From: a virus
DNA: 64,000 bases
Virus record (IMG/VR): IMGVR_UViG_3300015371_000016
Location: 13,128 to 77,127 of that record
Direction: 5' to 3' (one strand)
The notes under the pieces are model-generated. The model saw only the letters and a program-made list of their open reading frames with translations. It made no database searches and was not told the DNA's origin. The stretch's first letter is position 1; each line of letters begins with the position of its first letter. The translations under genes and the position numbers were made by a program. This document shows, piece by piece, positions 1 to 10,201 of the stretch.

Positions 1-1251
1 ATCAGGTGCGCCTGATAGGAAAGCTGCACCGAGACCTGCGCCGAGAAATGGATGGCCCATCATTAGGCCAGCTATTCCACCCGTTATACCTCCGCCGACC
101 GGTCCGATGGTTTCCTGCGCATCGGCGGCAGGCTTCGCTTCGTCACCCGTTGGGATTAAATGGAGAAAGCGCATGGCAGAGACGATCTTGCTCGCCATCG
201 CCTCGACATTATCGATAAATGTCCTGACGGCGGTCTGGAATGACTCGCTGCCGACCGCATCAGAAAACTGCTTGATATAACCTGCGAGCTTATCGATCGT
301 CCCGGGCGCCGTCAGCTTATCGACGATGGTGTTTGCAAGCGTCGAGAAAGCTTGCACCAGCTTGTCCATGGCCTCGACGAACTTTGGATCACCGAACCGC
401 TCTGTTAGTGTCCGCTCAATCGCCCGCCCTGCTCTATCAAGCCGAGTGACGAATTCCTGAAGCGCTCCTTCTCCTTGCTCCGCCGGTCGGAACTGCTGCT
501 GCATCTGACCGAACAGCCCGGTCATCCGCTGCATCTCTTGAGGCGACGCCCGCTGTAGACGCTGGATCACATCCTGAGGCAGGCCAGGAAAGCGTGCCTC
601 CATCAGTTCAGTCAGGCGCGGCGCCGCTGCCGGATTGGCAGTGATCTCCTGTATTTGCCTCTGAATGAGCGGCAGAACCTGGGATAGCGCTGATGCGGTA
701 TCCTCGTTCTGCATAAGCGGCCGGCCGCGCAACTGACCTAGTATCGACCATGCTGGATTGCGCGAGTCGTTTTGCACGCCACGCATCCAGCTCATCAGTT
801 GGTTCGGATCACCGAACCGACCGAAAGCCGTCTGTGCTGCGAACATGCCGGAGCTTGTGGTGCCCAGGCCCGCAGCTTGCTGCCTAGCGGCTGCCGCGTT
901 GCGAGCTAGAGCATTGAAGCCTAGGCCGCCGAAGGCCGTAGCGAGGCCGGTGAGCGCTGCCCCGGCCTTGGTGATGGAGGTCGCAATCGAGAGGAACCGC
1001 GAGGCTATCTCCCGGACGTTCCGGACGACCTCCCGAGAGTCCTGCCGCATCAGCGCCCAGGCGCGCGTCAGGCGCTCCGCGTGTGGCGCCGCGCGTTCCT
1101 CTGCCGTCTGACCGCCCCGGCCGCCCAGCAGCCCTCCAGCGCCGACGGTGGGCATGGTCCGCGCGAGCTGCTGCGCCCGCTGTAGTTTGGCCACGTAGCG
1201 ATCGACCGCAGCATCGTTTACCTGGACATCGATGATCGGCCGAAGCGCCAT
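1..1251 (-). CDS. Tape measure-like protein, N-terminal part (runs off the window start)
   Basis: Manual translation from ATG at 1251 (MALRPIIDVQVNDAAVDRYVAKLQRAQQLA...) is Ala/Gln-rich, helical and open to position 1; lies after tail tube and chaperone genes. Confidence 0.75.
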   Translation of the reverse strand, partial: MALRPIIDVQVNDAAVDRYVAKLQRAQQLARTMPTVGAGGLLGGRGGQTAEERAAPHAERLTRAWALMRQDSREVVRNVREIASRFLSIATSITKAGAALTGLATAFGGLGFNALARNAAAARQQAAGLGTTSSGMFAAQTAFGRFGDPNQLMSWMRGVQNDSRNPAWSILGQLRGRPLMQNEDTASALSQVLPLIQRQIQEITANPAAAPRLTELMEARFPGLPQDVIQRLQRASPQEMQRMTGLFGQMQQQFRPAEQGEGALQEFVTRLDRAGRAIERTLTERFGDPKFVEAMDKLVQAFSTLANTIVDKLTAPGTIDKLAGYIKQFSDAVGSESFQTAVRTFIDNVEAMASKIVSAMRFLHLIPTGDEAKPAADAQETIGPVGGGITGGIAGLMMGHPFLGAGLGAAFLSGAPD

Positions 1252-1299
1252 CTCAGCCTCCTACCCGCGACGCTCGGATTAGATGGCGCTGGCGGAACT

Positions 1300-1971
1300 C
1301 TACTGCGGAATGGAAGGGAAATTCGCCATCGGCGCGTTCAGTGACACACTCGGCGAACCCGTCGTTGGACGCCCAGTCCAGGATTCCTGCGAGGAGTGAG
1401 CCGGGTGCGTCTCGCCAGTACTGGCGGTCGCGGTCGAGGTCGGCAAACCAGCGGCGAACTCCGATAAGTTCCGCGACGATGTCAAAGCACCCCACAGCGC
1501 ACCAACGCCGTCGATCAGCTCCCGTCTCTCGCTCCGTCGATTCAGCCGCCAAGCGAGCGTAAAAAAAACCAGGGCGCCCTCCACCTCGTCCGCATCGTCC
1601 TGGTCGAGCAGCCCGTCCTTTTTCGCGTCCTCGTAAGGGATCATCTGCCAACCGGTGGAATGGCCGTTGCTACCAGCTCCAGGCGCCACCACGTTGGCCA
1701 GCCGGCGTATCTCCGGCATAAGCCCGCGCTCGACACCCATCGGGCCATCCCAGACGCGGAGCTGTTCAGATACCGACTTCAGCGCCTTAGCAGCGATCCG
1801 TGCACCGAGGACATGCAGTCCCTCGCTGTAGATTTGTGTGAATGCTTTCGAGAGCGGCAGCCAATAGCGATCGAACGCCTCACGCGAGATCGGCGCGGCA
1901 TGCACGTGCAACGTTGTGCCGTCGCTGCGGTCAATCTGCATGACAAGATAAAGGGTCTCGTCGATGTGCAT
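1300..1971 (-). CDS. Tail assembly chaperone-like protein
   Basis: 223 aa; position between tail tube and tape measure; contains a T8 run (GTT TTT TTT). Confidence 0.6.
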   Translation of the reverse strand: MHIDETLYLVMQIDRSDGTTLHVHAAPISREAFDRYWLPLSKAFTQIYSEGLHVLGARIAAKALKSVSEQLRVWDGPMGVERGLMPEIRRLANVVAPGAGSNGHSTGWQMIPYEDAKKDGLLDQDDADEVEGALVFFTLAWRLNRRSERRELIDGVGALWGALTSSRNLSEFAAGLPTSTATASTGETHPAHSSQESWTGRPTTGSPSVSLNAPMANFPSIPQ

Positions 1972-1985
1972 GTTGCTCCTAGTGC

Positions 1986-2210
1986 CTAGCCCTGGACCAC
2001 GTCCCTGGTGGCAGTGCTGAAGCGGTCCGTCTGATCAACATTCCTCTCCACCGTCTCTACCGCTTTCCAGTGCCCTGCGGCCCAGGAAAACCTGATCACG
2101 CCGGCCGGTGCATCGCGAAACACCAGCACACCGTGTTCGATCGCCAGGAATTCCGCCTCGACAAGCTGCGTATACGGCGCGCCATCAAAGCTCACTTGCC
2201 AGCGTGTCAT
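1986..2210 (-). CDS. Hypothetical protein
   Basis: 74 aa ORF tightly packed with its neighbours. Confidence 0.5.
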   Translation of the reverse strand: MTRWQVSFDGAPYTQLVEAEFLAIEHGVLVFRDAPAGVIRFSWAAGHWKAVETVERNVDQTDRFSTATRDVVQG

Positions 2211-2211
2211 T

Positions 2212-2394
2212 TCATGCCGCCTTCTGCTTCATCGCCTGCGCAAAGTGTTCGTCGCAACAACCGCACTTTGATCCGTCATCCGTGCGCACATACCACCAGC
2301 CTTGATCCATCGACCTCACGCGACCCGATGGATCGACCATGGCGATCGATTCCTTGTCGCAGTCGTCTCCGTCACACCGCATGACTAGCGTCAT
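2212..2394 (-). CDS. Small Cys-rich hypothetical protein
   Basis: CDGDDC and CGCCDEH motifs, possible Zn binding. Confidence 0.5.
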   Translation of the reverse strand: MTLVMRCDGDDCDKESIAMVDPSGRVRSMDQGWWYVRTDDGSKCGCCDEHFAQAMKQKAA

Positions 2395-2743
2395 CAGTCG
2401 CGTTCCGACAGGATAAGCGCAATGTATTCGTCCGGTGCGACCGGCCCTTCATGGATTACAGGCTTCGGCGGACGCGTCGGCAACTCGGGCGGTGCGTCAA
2501 GCAGCGGGAACCAAGGCCCGGAGAGCGAAAAGAACCGCCATCGGTAACCATCCCAGACCCACATTGACGCCTCACTGATCCATTAGCGAGAACGGCCAGA
2601 CACCCAGAAGCATGGACCATAACACGATCACTGGCGCCGCGTGAAATCCGCAGAGCACGAGCAAGCACCAGCTCATGTGGAAAACGACGCGGCTGTAGAA
2701 CACCCAACTCGGCGCGGTGTTATCGTATCGCCAATCTTTCATT

Positions 2744-2795
2744 AAAAAAGTCTCCCAGCCCCGTCCCAGGGAGGGGCAGCGTTGAGGCTGGGAGA
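2744..2795 (-). terminator. Intrinsic terminator after tail tube gene
   Basis: TCTCCCAGCC/GGCTGGGAGA 10-bp stem followed by T6 on the minus strand. Confidence 0.55.
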
Positions 2796-2878
2796 AGGAT
2801 CTGAGGAAACGTCAAAAAGACGCAATGCCCCGACATCAGCTCGGGACCACACTATCAGCGCATCCGCGCCGACCTCAC

Positions 2879-3244
2879 CTAGTCCCACATATTTGCGTTC
2901 ACGAGGAAATAGCCCCTTATCCGCACCGAGAAGTCCGCGTCGTCGCCCGCGAAGCTCATCTCGTTTACGCCTTGGATGGCGCAATTGACGATCTGGAACG
3001 GATCGATTCCAGTGCCGGTCTGCACGTCCGGTCGCACCGTGCCGTCACCGATCAACGCGTTAGCTTCCATCTGCCGCTTGTATTGCGAACCCAGCGTCTG
3101 TGTGCGAATCAGATGGATCGTGCACGTGATCATCATGTACGGCTCTGGACTGGTGACTGCGCCCGTCATCGTATTGATGAATGTCGTGCTGTCGCCGTCG
3201 AGCGCGAGAGCTATCCCACGCCTCGATAAGTAGCCGGCCGTCAC
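2879..3244 (-). CDS. Tail tube protein (DUF3277-like); true start may lie upstream
   Basis: GI.LALDG, MTGAVTSPEPY motif typical of Bcep781-like tube proteins; downstream of sheath. Confidence 0.6.
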   Translation of the reverse strand: MTAGYLSRRGIALALDGDSTTFINTMTGAVTSPEPYMMITCTIHLIRTQTLGSQYKRQMEANALIGDGTVRPDVQTGTGIDPFQIVNCAIQGVNEMSFAGDDADFSVRIRGYFLVNANMWD

Positions 3245-3463
3245 GTTCAGTGACGCGTTGCTCGGCCAGACGATCGAAGCCTTCAGTCGGTTGAGGCTTC
3301 CTTGGTTGATCAGTGGGTTTGGAATGGTCGCCTCCTATTTCCGGTGGCCTCATCGTGGGTGTCGGCAGTCCGCCCACCGAGATCGTCTTACAGCGCCGGC
3401 ACTGCCAAATGCCGCCTTGGATGTGCACCCAGTCACATAGCCGGAAATGGCACAGCCAACCCA

Positions 3464-5008
3464 TCATGTCGGCAGAGAGACGCCAACACGAAGGTTCTTG
3501 CTGTCGTCCTTCTGCCAGACCGTGACAGTGTAGATCGTCATGGGATTCTCATTGCACGTGCCGATCATCAAGTGCATGTGCTGACGATCGATGATCGACC
3601 ACGGTGGATCGCCTGGGTCTTGCGCTTTGTTGCCAGAGACATATGGCGTCCATGTGTAAGTCTGTCCGACTTGTTGGCGATCGTAGTAATTTTTGATGTA
3701 GCCCTGCGAATTGGCGGTCGCGGGCACCCAGAGCCAACCGTACTTGTGTCGGACGCCAAAGTTATTGTTGCTAGGCAATCTGACAGTGGAGTCCTGGCCG
3801 ATCACGCCACTATTGAATCGCCAATTAGGATTCTCTGCATCTGACCAGTGGATGATCCCGGCAGAGTATTCGCGATTGTTGGCCGCCATAAATTCAGCCG
3901 CATCGAACTCGATGTGCTGCACCGATGGCCCAGGAGAAACACTGTAGTCGCTGAAGCCACCCTCGACAGCGTCGCACCACCATGCCGGCCAGCCAGATTG
4001 CGGAGGCTCACGATACCCGACGAGCGGGTTTTCGATCAGCATGTCGATCTCGAAGTATCCGCCACCGCCGAAGCCCACGCCACGGAAGGTCGAATTATGG
4101 TTGGTCGCGGTATCGATGTGGCTGTTGTAATGCCAAGAGCCGCCACCGGGTCCGGGATCAGTCACCGATCCATCACTGTTCTGTCGCACGCGCTGGCCAG
4201 GAATGACGAACCAGTTCTGTCCCAGGGTCACGGCAGGACCATGAGTGCGCCTAGTATAGCCCACAGCCGCCGCGTAGGAGGGCGGAGCGTCACCAGTGCT
4301 CGGCGGTGGCGGAGCTGGAGGCGAAGGAGGCGATGGAGGAGGAGTCGGTGGAACGGTGCCGGTCTGTGCACTGCTTACGTTGAGTTGCGAAGTCTTGTCG
4401 CTTTCACCAGAGGAATTTGTGACGGTCATCGTCACGTTATATTGCGTGTTCGCCTTTAGTTGCGTGATCACCGGCTGCGGCTGGCCGGGCGCGGAGCGCC
4501 ACGCGACATTGCCGGTTAATCTGCCGGTCGGCCTGAAACTGTACCACTGATTAGTTTTGTTGACGTGAAAAACTTGGCCGTCACAAAGCAAGACGCTGGT
4601 CGCATTATAGCCGTCGCCATACGAGCCGTTGACCATTACCGCATCGGGCTGCGGGCCGCCGCTCGGAACGATAGTCCATACATTCCCAAAGGCGTCGGTC
4701 ACATTGCCTTTCGCGGGTGAACAGTAAGGCACTGTAGGGCCGATTGACCAGGAACTTGCACTGGCTTCTTTGAATTGGACGCGATACTCGCCGAAATCAA
4801 GCGCACCACCGCTACTCGGAGGACCGGCAGCAATAGTGATGGTCGAGGAGGTCTGCGCTGGTGAGCTAAGATTAGTCGGTGCACCTGGACGATTGCCGCC
4901 AGATGGAGGTGGAGGTGGCGGCGGTGCGGCAGAGGAGGTCAGTGTGCCTCTAAGCACCGTGCCATCGCTCAGCGTGACAACCGCCTGTCCTGTCAGCGTC
5001 CCTGACAT
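3464..5008 (-). CDS. FN3-like + Pro-linker + ConA/GH16-like beta-sandwich protein (virion appendage candidate)
   Basis: PGAPTNLS...LKANTQYNVTMTVTN FN3 pattern; GGGYFEI..GWPAWW..IEFDAAE GH16-like motif; poly-Pro linkers. Confidence 0.65.
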   Translation of the reverse strand: MSGTLTGQAVVTLSDGTVLRGTLTSSAAPPPPPPPSGGNRPGAPTNLSSPAQTSSTITIAAGPPSSGGALDFGEYRVQFKEASASSWSIGPTVPYCSPAKGNVTDAFGNVWTIVPSGGPQPDAVMVNGSYGDGYNATSVLLCDGQVFHVNKTNQWYSFRPTGRLTGNVAWRSAPGQPQPVITQLKANTQYNVTMTVTNSSGESDKTSQLNVSSAQTGTVPPTPPPSPPSPPAPPPPSTGDAPPSYAAAVGYTRRTHGPAVTLGQNWFVIPGQRVRQNSDGSVTDPGPGGGSWHYNSHIDTATNHNSTFRGVGFGGGGYFEIDMLIENPLVGYREPPQSGWPAWWCDAVEGGFSDYSVSPGPSVQHIEFDAAEFMAANNREYSAGIIHWSDAENPNWRFNSGVIGQDSTVRLPSNNNFGVRHKYGWLWVPATANSQGYIKNYYDRQQVGQTYTWTPYVSGNKAQDPGDPPWSIIDRQHMHLMIGTCNENPMTIYTVTVWQKDDSKNLRVGVSLPT

Positions 5009-5022
5009 ACACTAATCCCTTC

Positions 5023-6366
5023 CTAAGCGAGCGCCCCGGTGAGCAACACGACAGTCTCCGATGGCACCGAAATTGAGTTGATGTCTGCTTGCGTGCCGCT
5101 CTGCGGCGTGGGCGTGGTGCCGCCCTGCTTGCCGATCTCCCACCGAGCCACTTGCCCGGTAGGCTTCTTTCCGCCCCAGTCGGGAACGACCGTCCGTGCG
5201 TTCGACGTATCGTAATTGATCAGCACCATCGCGAAGCGCGATGACTCCGGCTGTGTAGTCCATACCACCAATCTCGGCAGCGTGGTCGAGCATGCGACCT
5301 CTGGGCCGGAGAATTCCCGTCCAAGCTTGCCGAGGATGTAGCCTGAGCAGGAAACCCGGGTCAGGTCGTTATTAAGCTGGCTATTACCGATCGCACCTTC
5401 GGTTTGATAGCGCACGATGTTCTGCATCGCGCACGCATCCACGCCGGTCGTGCTGCGCCACAGCCCGAACAGGTAGCAGAGCACATATATGCCGCCTGAA
5501 TACTGCCCGGCTTGATTGACCGTTGTGAGCGCGCCGTTAACCGTCGCCTCGCCCATATTGTAATCGAATGTGCCTAGCGGGATATGCGCGAGCGTCGAGC
5601 CTGAAAGCGCGCTACGCTGCACGAGCGCGTCTGGATTCTGCACGCCCTTCGGCCCGTAGGCGTTGGCGAGATCGGTGACGTTACCCTGACCGTTGCCCGT
5701 GCAGTCATACGAGACCCAGTCCACTCCACCGCAACGCGAGCCGACGCTATTGGCGAAGGTGGCATCGGCGAACTGCCCAGGGTCCCATTGCGCCGGCCCC
5801 CACACACGGTAGATCGGATTCACCGCATGCAGCGCGTCAGCGACGGCGGTGAAGTATTCGATCACTGTGCTCTGTGGCCAGCCGGACTCGCGGTCCCATA
5901 GCGTGCCGACGTGGAAGTCGAGGATGTTGCTGTGACCGTTCTGGTTCAGCCATCGCGCAAAATTTGCAGCCTGACCAGCACGTGTTCCTGCGCCGCCCGT
6001 GGGCTTGTGGCAAACACCCATCACCACGCGCACATCTGGTTGGCAGAAGGATTTATAGTTCCCGAGCAGCGCGTTGATCGTGCCCATGTCGCCGGCTGCA
6101 TACTTCCAGTCCAATTGCCAATCAGCATTGAACGCGAGGAGCGCCGGCTTCAGGTAAGTGTTGGCGGTATTGCGGAACGTCTGATTGCTGAAGAACTCGC
6201 CGCCATAGGTCGAGCAGCTAAATCCGAATAGAGACTTATTGACCGTCTTGCCGGTGGGTAGTGCGAAGTTTATCGTCGTATTGCTCTGCGACGGTTTAGG
6301 ATCGGCGGCCAGTTCTCCGCTAAGCGTCTGCCCGTTGCTTAGAGTGACGGAGAAAATATTTGGCAT
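5023..6366 (-). CDS. Glycoside hydrolase-like protein (clan GH-A TIM barrel + beta-sandwich; GH39/GH79-like)
   Basis: TINF..TGKTVNKSLFG N-terminus, ADALHAVNPIYRVWGP, DWVSY, MVLINYD and SVPSETVVLL C-terminal sandwich. Confidence 0.55.
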   Translation of the reverse strand: MPNIFSVTLSNGQTLSGELAADPKPSQSNTTINFALPTGKTVNKSLFGFSCSTYGGEFFSNQTFRNTANTYLKPALLAFNADWQLDWKYAAGDMGTINALLGNYKSFCQPDVRVVMGVCHKPTGGAGTRAGQAANFARWLNQNGHSNILDFHVGTLWDRESGWPQSTVIEYFTAVADALHAVNPIYRVWGPAQWDPGQFADATFANSVGSRCGGVDWVSYDCTGNGQGNVTDLANAYGPKGVQNPDALVQRSALSGSTLAHIPLGTFDYNMGEATVNGALTTVNQAGQYSGGIYVLCYLFGLWRSTTGVDACAMQNIVRYQTEGAIGNSQLNNDLTRVSCSGYILGKLGREFSGPEVACSTTLPRLVVWTTQPESSRFAMVLINYDTSNARTVVPDWGGKKPTGQVARWEIGKQGGTTPTPQSGTQADINSISVPSETVVLLTGALA

Positions 6367-6388
6367 ATCTGATCCTTGAGAGGAACAT

Positions 6389-6682
6389 ATGAGCGAGGCC
6401 GCACCGCCGACCGTCAGGCAGGTCTACTTCCATTTGAATGCAAAGCATGAGAAGGCGGTCGAGAGCCGACTTAAAGAAAGATGGCCGGATGTCCAAATTG
6501 GATGGACTTATAGTTTGCCCATCTACTTCCTCGTGACGTTCGAAGAGCAGATAGAGCCGTTTGCTCTCCGCGACTTCATTGCTGAAATTGCACCAGAAGT
6601 TAATTCAGAGATGGGAGCCGTTATCCGTATCGGGAATGGGTTCGTTCAACTTGCCCCTAATCCGGCCACGAGACGGCATTAG
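6389..6682 (+). CDS. Hypothetical protein inserted antisense in the tail operon (moron-like)
   Basis: 97 aa, GAGAGGA RBS upstream, lower GC, fills the gap between two minus-strand genes. Confidence 0.6.
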   Translation: MSEAAPPTVRQVYFHLNAKHEKAVESRLKERWPDVQIGWTYSLPIYFLVTFEEQIEPFALRDFIAEIAPEVNSEMGAVIRIGNGFVQLAPNPATRRH

Positions 6683-8061
6683 AACGTGAGGAAGTCGCTC
6701 ACGATCAGCGCTAGTCCGATCTGGGTAAAGCCGCGCTGCGGAATGTAGACGATCGTCAGGCCTCGATAGATACCATCCTTGAAGTCCGAAGGATTGGCGC
6801 TGGCGTAATCCACGAACGGCACGGCATTTACCACAGCCTGCGCGGTGAACTGGTTTTCGTCCAGCGCTTGCACGAAGTCGTTGGTGTTCAACTGTGTGGA
6901 GGTCACAGTGCCGACCGCCAGATTATAGGAGACCTCGTTGCTCATAAGCTGCGTCAGCCGCGCTTGCAGCCGGTTGATACCGTGCTGATCGTAGGACAGC
7001 GGATTCACCCGGTTATTCGATCCGTTGATCACTTCGTTCGCCAGAACCATGTGACCGTTGATCTGTGTGTAATCGACCGAATACCAGTAGGAGAAGTCCC
7101 GGCCGTCCTCATTGGTGCCGTACACGATCATTGTGTTGCTGAGACCACCCTCGGCTCCAGTGGATACCCAGTTGCAATGCCCGTCTTTGAGTGCCTGCAA
7201 TAGAGCGCCGTTGCCGATCGTCGGATATGCCGTCACTCCGAACAGGTACTTAAAGTTCAGAGGCGCCATCCGATTGATCGGCCCAGGTCGATACGAGAGC
7301 GACTGATAGAACGCGGCGGCTAAGGAGAACTCCGCAGCCGGACGGGACGGCGCCTCGACCATCGAGATGACGCACTTCATAGTGTCAGTGTAGCTCGTGT
7401 AATTGCTGGTCGTGGTCGTGACCCAGAAATACGTGAGCGAAGTCGGCGCTTCATAGGACGCGAGAAGAGTGAGGAAACTTGCGACCGCATCCCATGAGCG
7501 AGGCACAAGGAAGGAATATACTGTGGCCGGATTGCTGAGCAGCCACGATGTCAGCGTGGTCACACCATCGGCCGCACCGCCTGGGCCAAGCTCCAACACA
7601 TAGACGCTTTGCATTGTGCCTTGAGCAAAATACGTCGTGGCCATCGATAGCACTTCGGCTACCGAGACCATCGTATAGGTGCCCGGCACCGTCTCAGTTC
7701 CCGGATTTACGGCGACCTGATAGGTGAATGTGCTTGCGCCCGTCACTGTCGCGGTGAATGTACCGTTGTAGCCGCTGGGCGCTGCTCCGGCGATCGTAAC
7801 ATGCACCGTGGATGCGTTAGTAAGACCGTGCGGCGCTGCCGTGGTTGCGGTCACCGTGCCCGTCGCCCACGTTAATGTCGAGATCGCTTTAGAAAGCGAT
7901 CCCGGCTGTATGGCCGCTAGGTCGGCGACGCCAGTGAGCAGCGTCAGCGTGCCCGTCGCAGTATTGGTGCCGCCCTGCGAGATGAACGCACCGGTCTGTT
8001 GGAGCAGCGACGGAGTCGGCGCCTGTACCAGGCTTACAGAGACCTCGACAATTTGAACCAT
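6679..8061 (-). CDS. Tail sheath protein (DUF3383-like)
   Basis: 460 aa; GRDFSYWYSVDY, NEVINGSNN..NPLSYDQHGINRLQ, DFKDGIYRGL motifs of Bcep781-like sheaths. Confidence 0.8.
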   Translation of the reverse strand: MVQIVEVSVSLVQAPTPSLLQQTGAFISQGGTNTATGTLTLLTGVADLAAIQPGSLSKAISTLTWATGTVTATTAAPHGLTNASTVHVTIAGAAPSGYNGTFTATVTGASTFTYQVAVNPGTETVPGTYTMVSVAEVLSMATTYFAQGTMQSVYVLELGPGGAADGVTTLTSWLLSNPATVYSFLVPRSWDAVASFLTLLASYEAPTSLTYFWVTTTTSNYTSYTDTMKCVISMVEAPSRPAAEFSLAAAFYQSLSYRPGPINRMAPLNFKYLFGVTAYPTIGNGALLQALKDGHCNWVSTGAEGGLSNTMIVYGTNEDGRDFSYWYSVDYTQINGHMVLANEVINGSNNRVNPLSYDQHGINRLQARLTQLMSNEVSYNLAVGTVTSTQLNTNDFVQALDENQFTAQAVVNAVPFVDYASANPSDFKDGIYRGLTIVYIPQRGFTQIGLALIVSDFLTF

Positions 8062-8086
8062 GGAAGCAGCTCCGTCGCGTGAGGGA

Positions 8087-8392
8087 CTACGCCAGCGAAA
8101 CCGCGAGCGTCATGCCGGCACCAGGGAATACCGTGACGCCGGTGGCAAACGGGCATTCGATCGTGTAGACGCCGACAGTGGCGGGAATGGTGAAGACCAG
8201 TTTTGCTGCCGCCGTGTTCGCTACTGCGGCGCAATCATAGAGTCCACCGGCTGCGGTGCTAGCAGCATTAACGAACACGCGCGATACTTTGGCTGGCGTC
8301 GTCTTCAGTGCGGTTCCGGCTGTGGCGGTGATGTTCGCGACGTAACCGGTCGCGTGCATAACCTCGCGGATGAGCTGTGCTCCCTGCGGCAT
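8087..8392 (-). CDS. Small virion structural protein
   Basis: 101 aa, beta-rich Ala/Thr composition, GGAG RBS. Confidence 0.6.
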   Translation of the reverse strand: MPQGAQLIREVMHATGYVANITATAGTALKTTPAKVSRVFVNAASTAAGGLYDCAAVANTAAAKLVFTIPATVGVYTIECPFATGVTVFPGAGMTLAVSLA

Positions 8393-8412
8393 GGGTCGAA
8401 CTCCTGTTAGAT

Positions 8413-9414
8413 TTACGAGATGGCGGCGCTAAACCCTGCCACCGCTGCGAAGCGCCCTGCGGTGCGCATAGAACCTTCCGGCATAATCTGGACTGTCGCT
8501 TCGAGGATTAACTGCCTCGCGATGTCGTTGATCCTGGTCTGGACATAGGACACATCCAATTCGATCGTCTTACGCTGAGCGATCACCATGCCTTCTGACC
8601 ACGGCATCTTTTCGTCACGGATCGTCGGCATGCTCATAAGACCGAAGGCATTATAATCGTCCGAGTATTGCAGGATCAGGTCGAGCAGATCGGCTGCAAT
8701 CTCATTATTGCAGCCGTAGAGCGTGATCCGCACATGCTCGCGCGTGAGCTGGTAGTGGCTGTACTTCTGCGAAAGCCACGGGATGTCCTGCAACGCCTCG
8801 GCCGGTTCGATGTGCACCGCACCATAGGGCGGCTCCTGATTGTCCGGCACCAAGTAGGACGGATAGAGCGTGATCTGTGGATTGCGGTTCTTCGGCCAAG
8901 TAACCCAGACCGGCAGGTAACTCACCAGCTTGAGCCACGCCGGCAGGCTGCCTGAGACGATCACCTTCGACGGATCGAGCTGCGAGCTATCGTCCACAAG
9001 CTGCGTCGCCATCGATGGATTGATGCCATCGCCCTGGTAGTGCCACACGCCGGCTTGCGGATAGAACCAGCCATAGCGGCCGAACGCATAGCGCTGATCA
9101 CCAATTTCGCCGATCACCAGAGTCTGGCTGTCCTGCGCGTTCAGGTCTTGAACCTGCTCCTGTGTGGTGAAGATCACCGTGTTGCGCGCGCGGGTCTCAC
9201 TCTCCTCTTGCACCCGCGTTGCGGCATAGTGGATCGACCCTGGCTGTTCAAAGCCTCCGGTGCGTATCCAGAACACGTAGCCGTCTAAGGGAAGAACGAT
9301 CTTTTGGTAGATCGTGAAGCAGACCGTCGTTGCCTGCGAGATATCGGCTATGCCAGCAGCAAGCGCGTCATGCAATGGTCCGCCGGCTGCCGACAATTCC
9401 TCAAGTGTCGGCAT
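8413..9414 (-). CDS. Neck / tail-completion protein
   Basis: VLPLDGYVFW and LYPSYLVPDN.EPPYGAVHI motifs; position upstream of sheath. Confidence 0.65.
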   Translation of the reverse strand: MPTLEELSAAGGPLHDALAAGIADISQATTVCFTIYQKIVLPLDGYVFWIRTGGFEQPGSIHYAATRVQEESETRARNTVIFTTQEQVQDLNAQDSQTLVIGEIGDQRYAFGRYGWFYPQAGVWHYQGDGINPSMATQLVDDSSQLDPSKVIVSGSLPAWLKLVSYLPVWVTWPKNRNPQITLYPSYLVPDNQEPPYGAVHIEPAEALQDIPWLSQKYSHYQLTREHVRITLYGCNNEIAADLLDLILQYSDDYNAFGLMSMPTIRDEKMPWSEGMVIAQRKTIELDVSYVQTRINDIARQLILEATVQIMPEGSMRTAGRFAAVAGFSAAIS

Positions 9415-9634
9415 CTAGCTCGCTCACGATCGGCCACATGGTTGCCTCGCCGTAGAGGTCTGGCTTGCGCCGGATGTAAACCTTGCTCTGGTAGAGGATT
9501 AGATCGTATGCGATCCCGTCGTCCGGGATATGCACAGTCGTGGCGATCTGTCCTGAGCGGATTAGTCGGATGGTCCGCGTTCGCCTTCTAGGCTGAGGCT
9601 TTCGTGGCGCCTCGAATGCAGCCATTCCAGACAT
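9401..9634 (-). CDS. Hypothetical protein
   Basis: 77 aa, overlaps start of next gene. Confidence 0.4.
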   Translation of the reverse strand: MSGMAAFEAPRKPQPRRRTRTIRLIRSGQIATTVHIPDDGIAYDLILYQSKVYIRRKPDLYGEATMWPIVSELDADT

Positions 9635-9733
9635 TGCAAGGTTCCACCCCTCTCACGGCGTATGTGGTCAAGCATCACCCACACCACTGCGCCAAAGAAA
9701 ATCAGGATCATCGCTTGGATCAGTAGAAACACG

Positions 9734-10201
9734 TCAGTCCACCCAGGCACGGAAGCTGCTCGAAAGCAGCCCGGTGTCGAAGAAGCTGGCCCGAGGCTGG
9801 CCGGGCTGCACGTTGCTCTGGCGCCCGCCACGACGCCGATATGGGCGCTTCCACGAGTGCCGCACGCCGTCCAGCGCAGCTTGTGTCGGCACGCCGGGTA
9901 TCCGTCCGTCATAGAGCTGCTTGTCGATCGCGTCGCGGAAGGCTTCCTCGATCTTGCCGGTCGCCGAGGCGAACGCGTTGGCGCGCAGCCGATCGATATC
10001 CGCTCGCGGTCGCATGACCATCGTCTCGACCGTGCCCATCAGGGCATTGGTCACTTCGTCCTGAATTTGCTGGCCGTGCATATCGGCGAACACACTGAAT
10101 AGGCCGTATTTGCCCTCCAGTATGTCGCCGATCTCGCCGGTCGTCTTGGCGCCAGCTTGACCGTAGTGCTGGTCCAGGACGCCCAGATGCAACGTGAGCA
10201 C
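9734..10201 (-). CDS. Neck protein (head-tail joining)
   Basis: LHLGV.D..Y, TTGEIGDILEGKYGL, GVPTQAAL.G, RASFFDTGLLSSSFRAWV motifs. Confidence 0.65.
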   Translation of the reverse strand: MLTLHLGVLDQHYGQAGAKTTGEIGDILEGKYGLFSVFADMHGQQIQDEVTNALMGTVETMVMRPRADIDRLRANAFASATGKIEEAFRDAIDKQLYDGRIPGVPTQAALDGVRHSWKRPYRRRGGRQSNVQPGQPRASFFDTGLLSSSFRAWVD

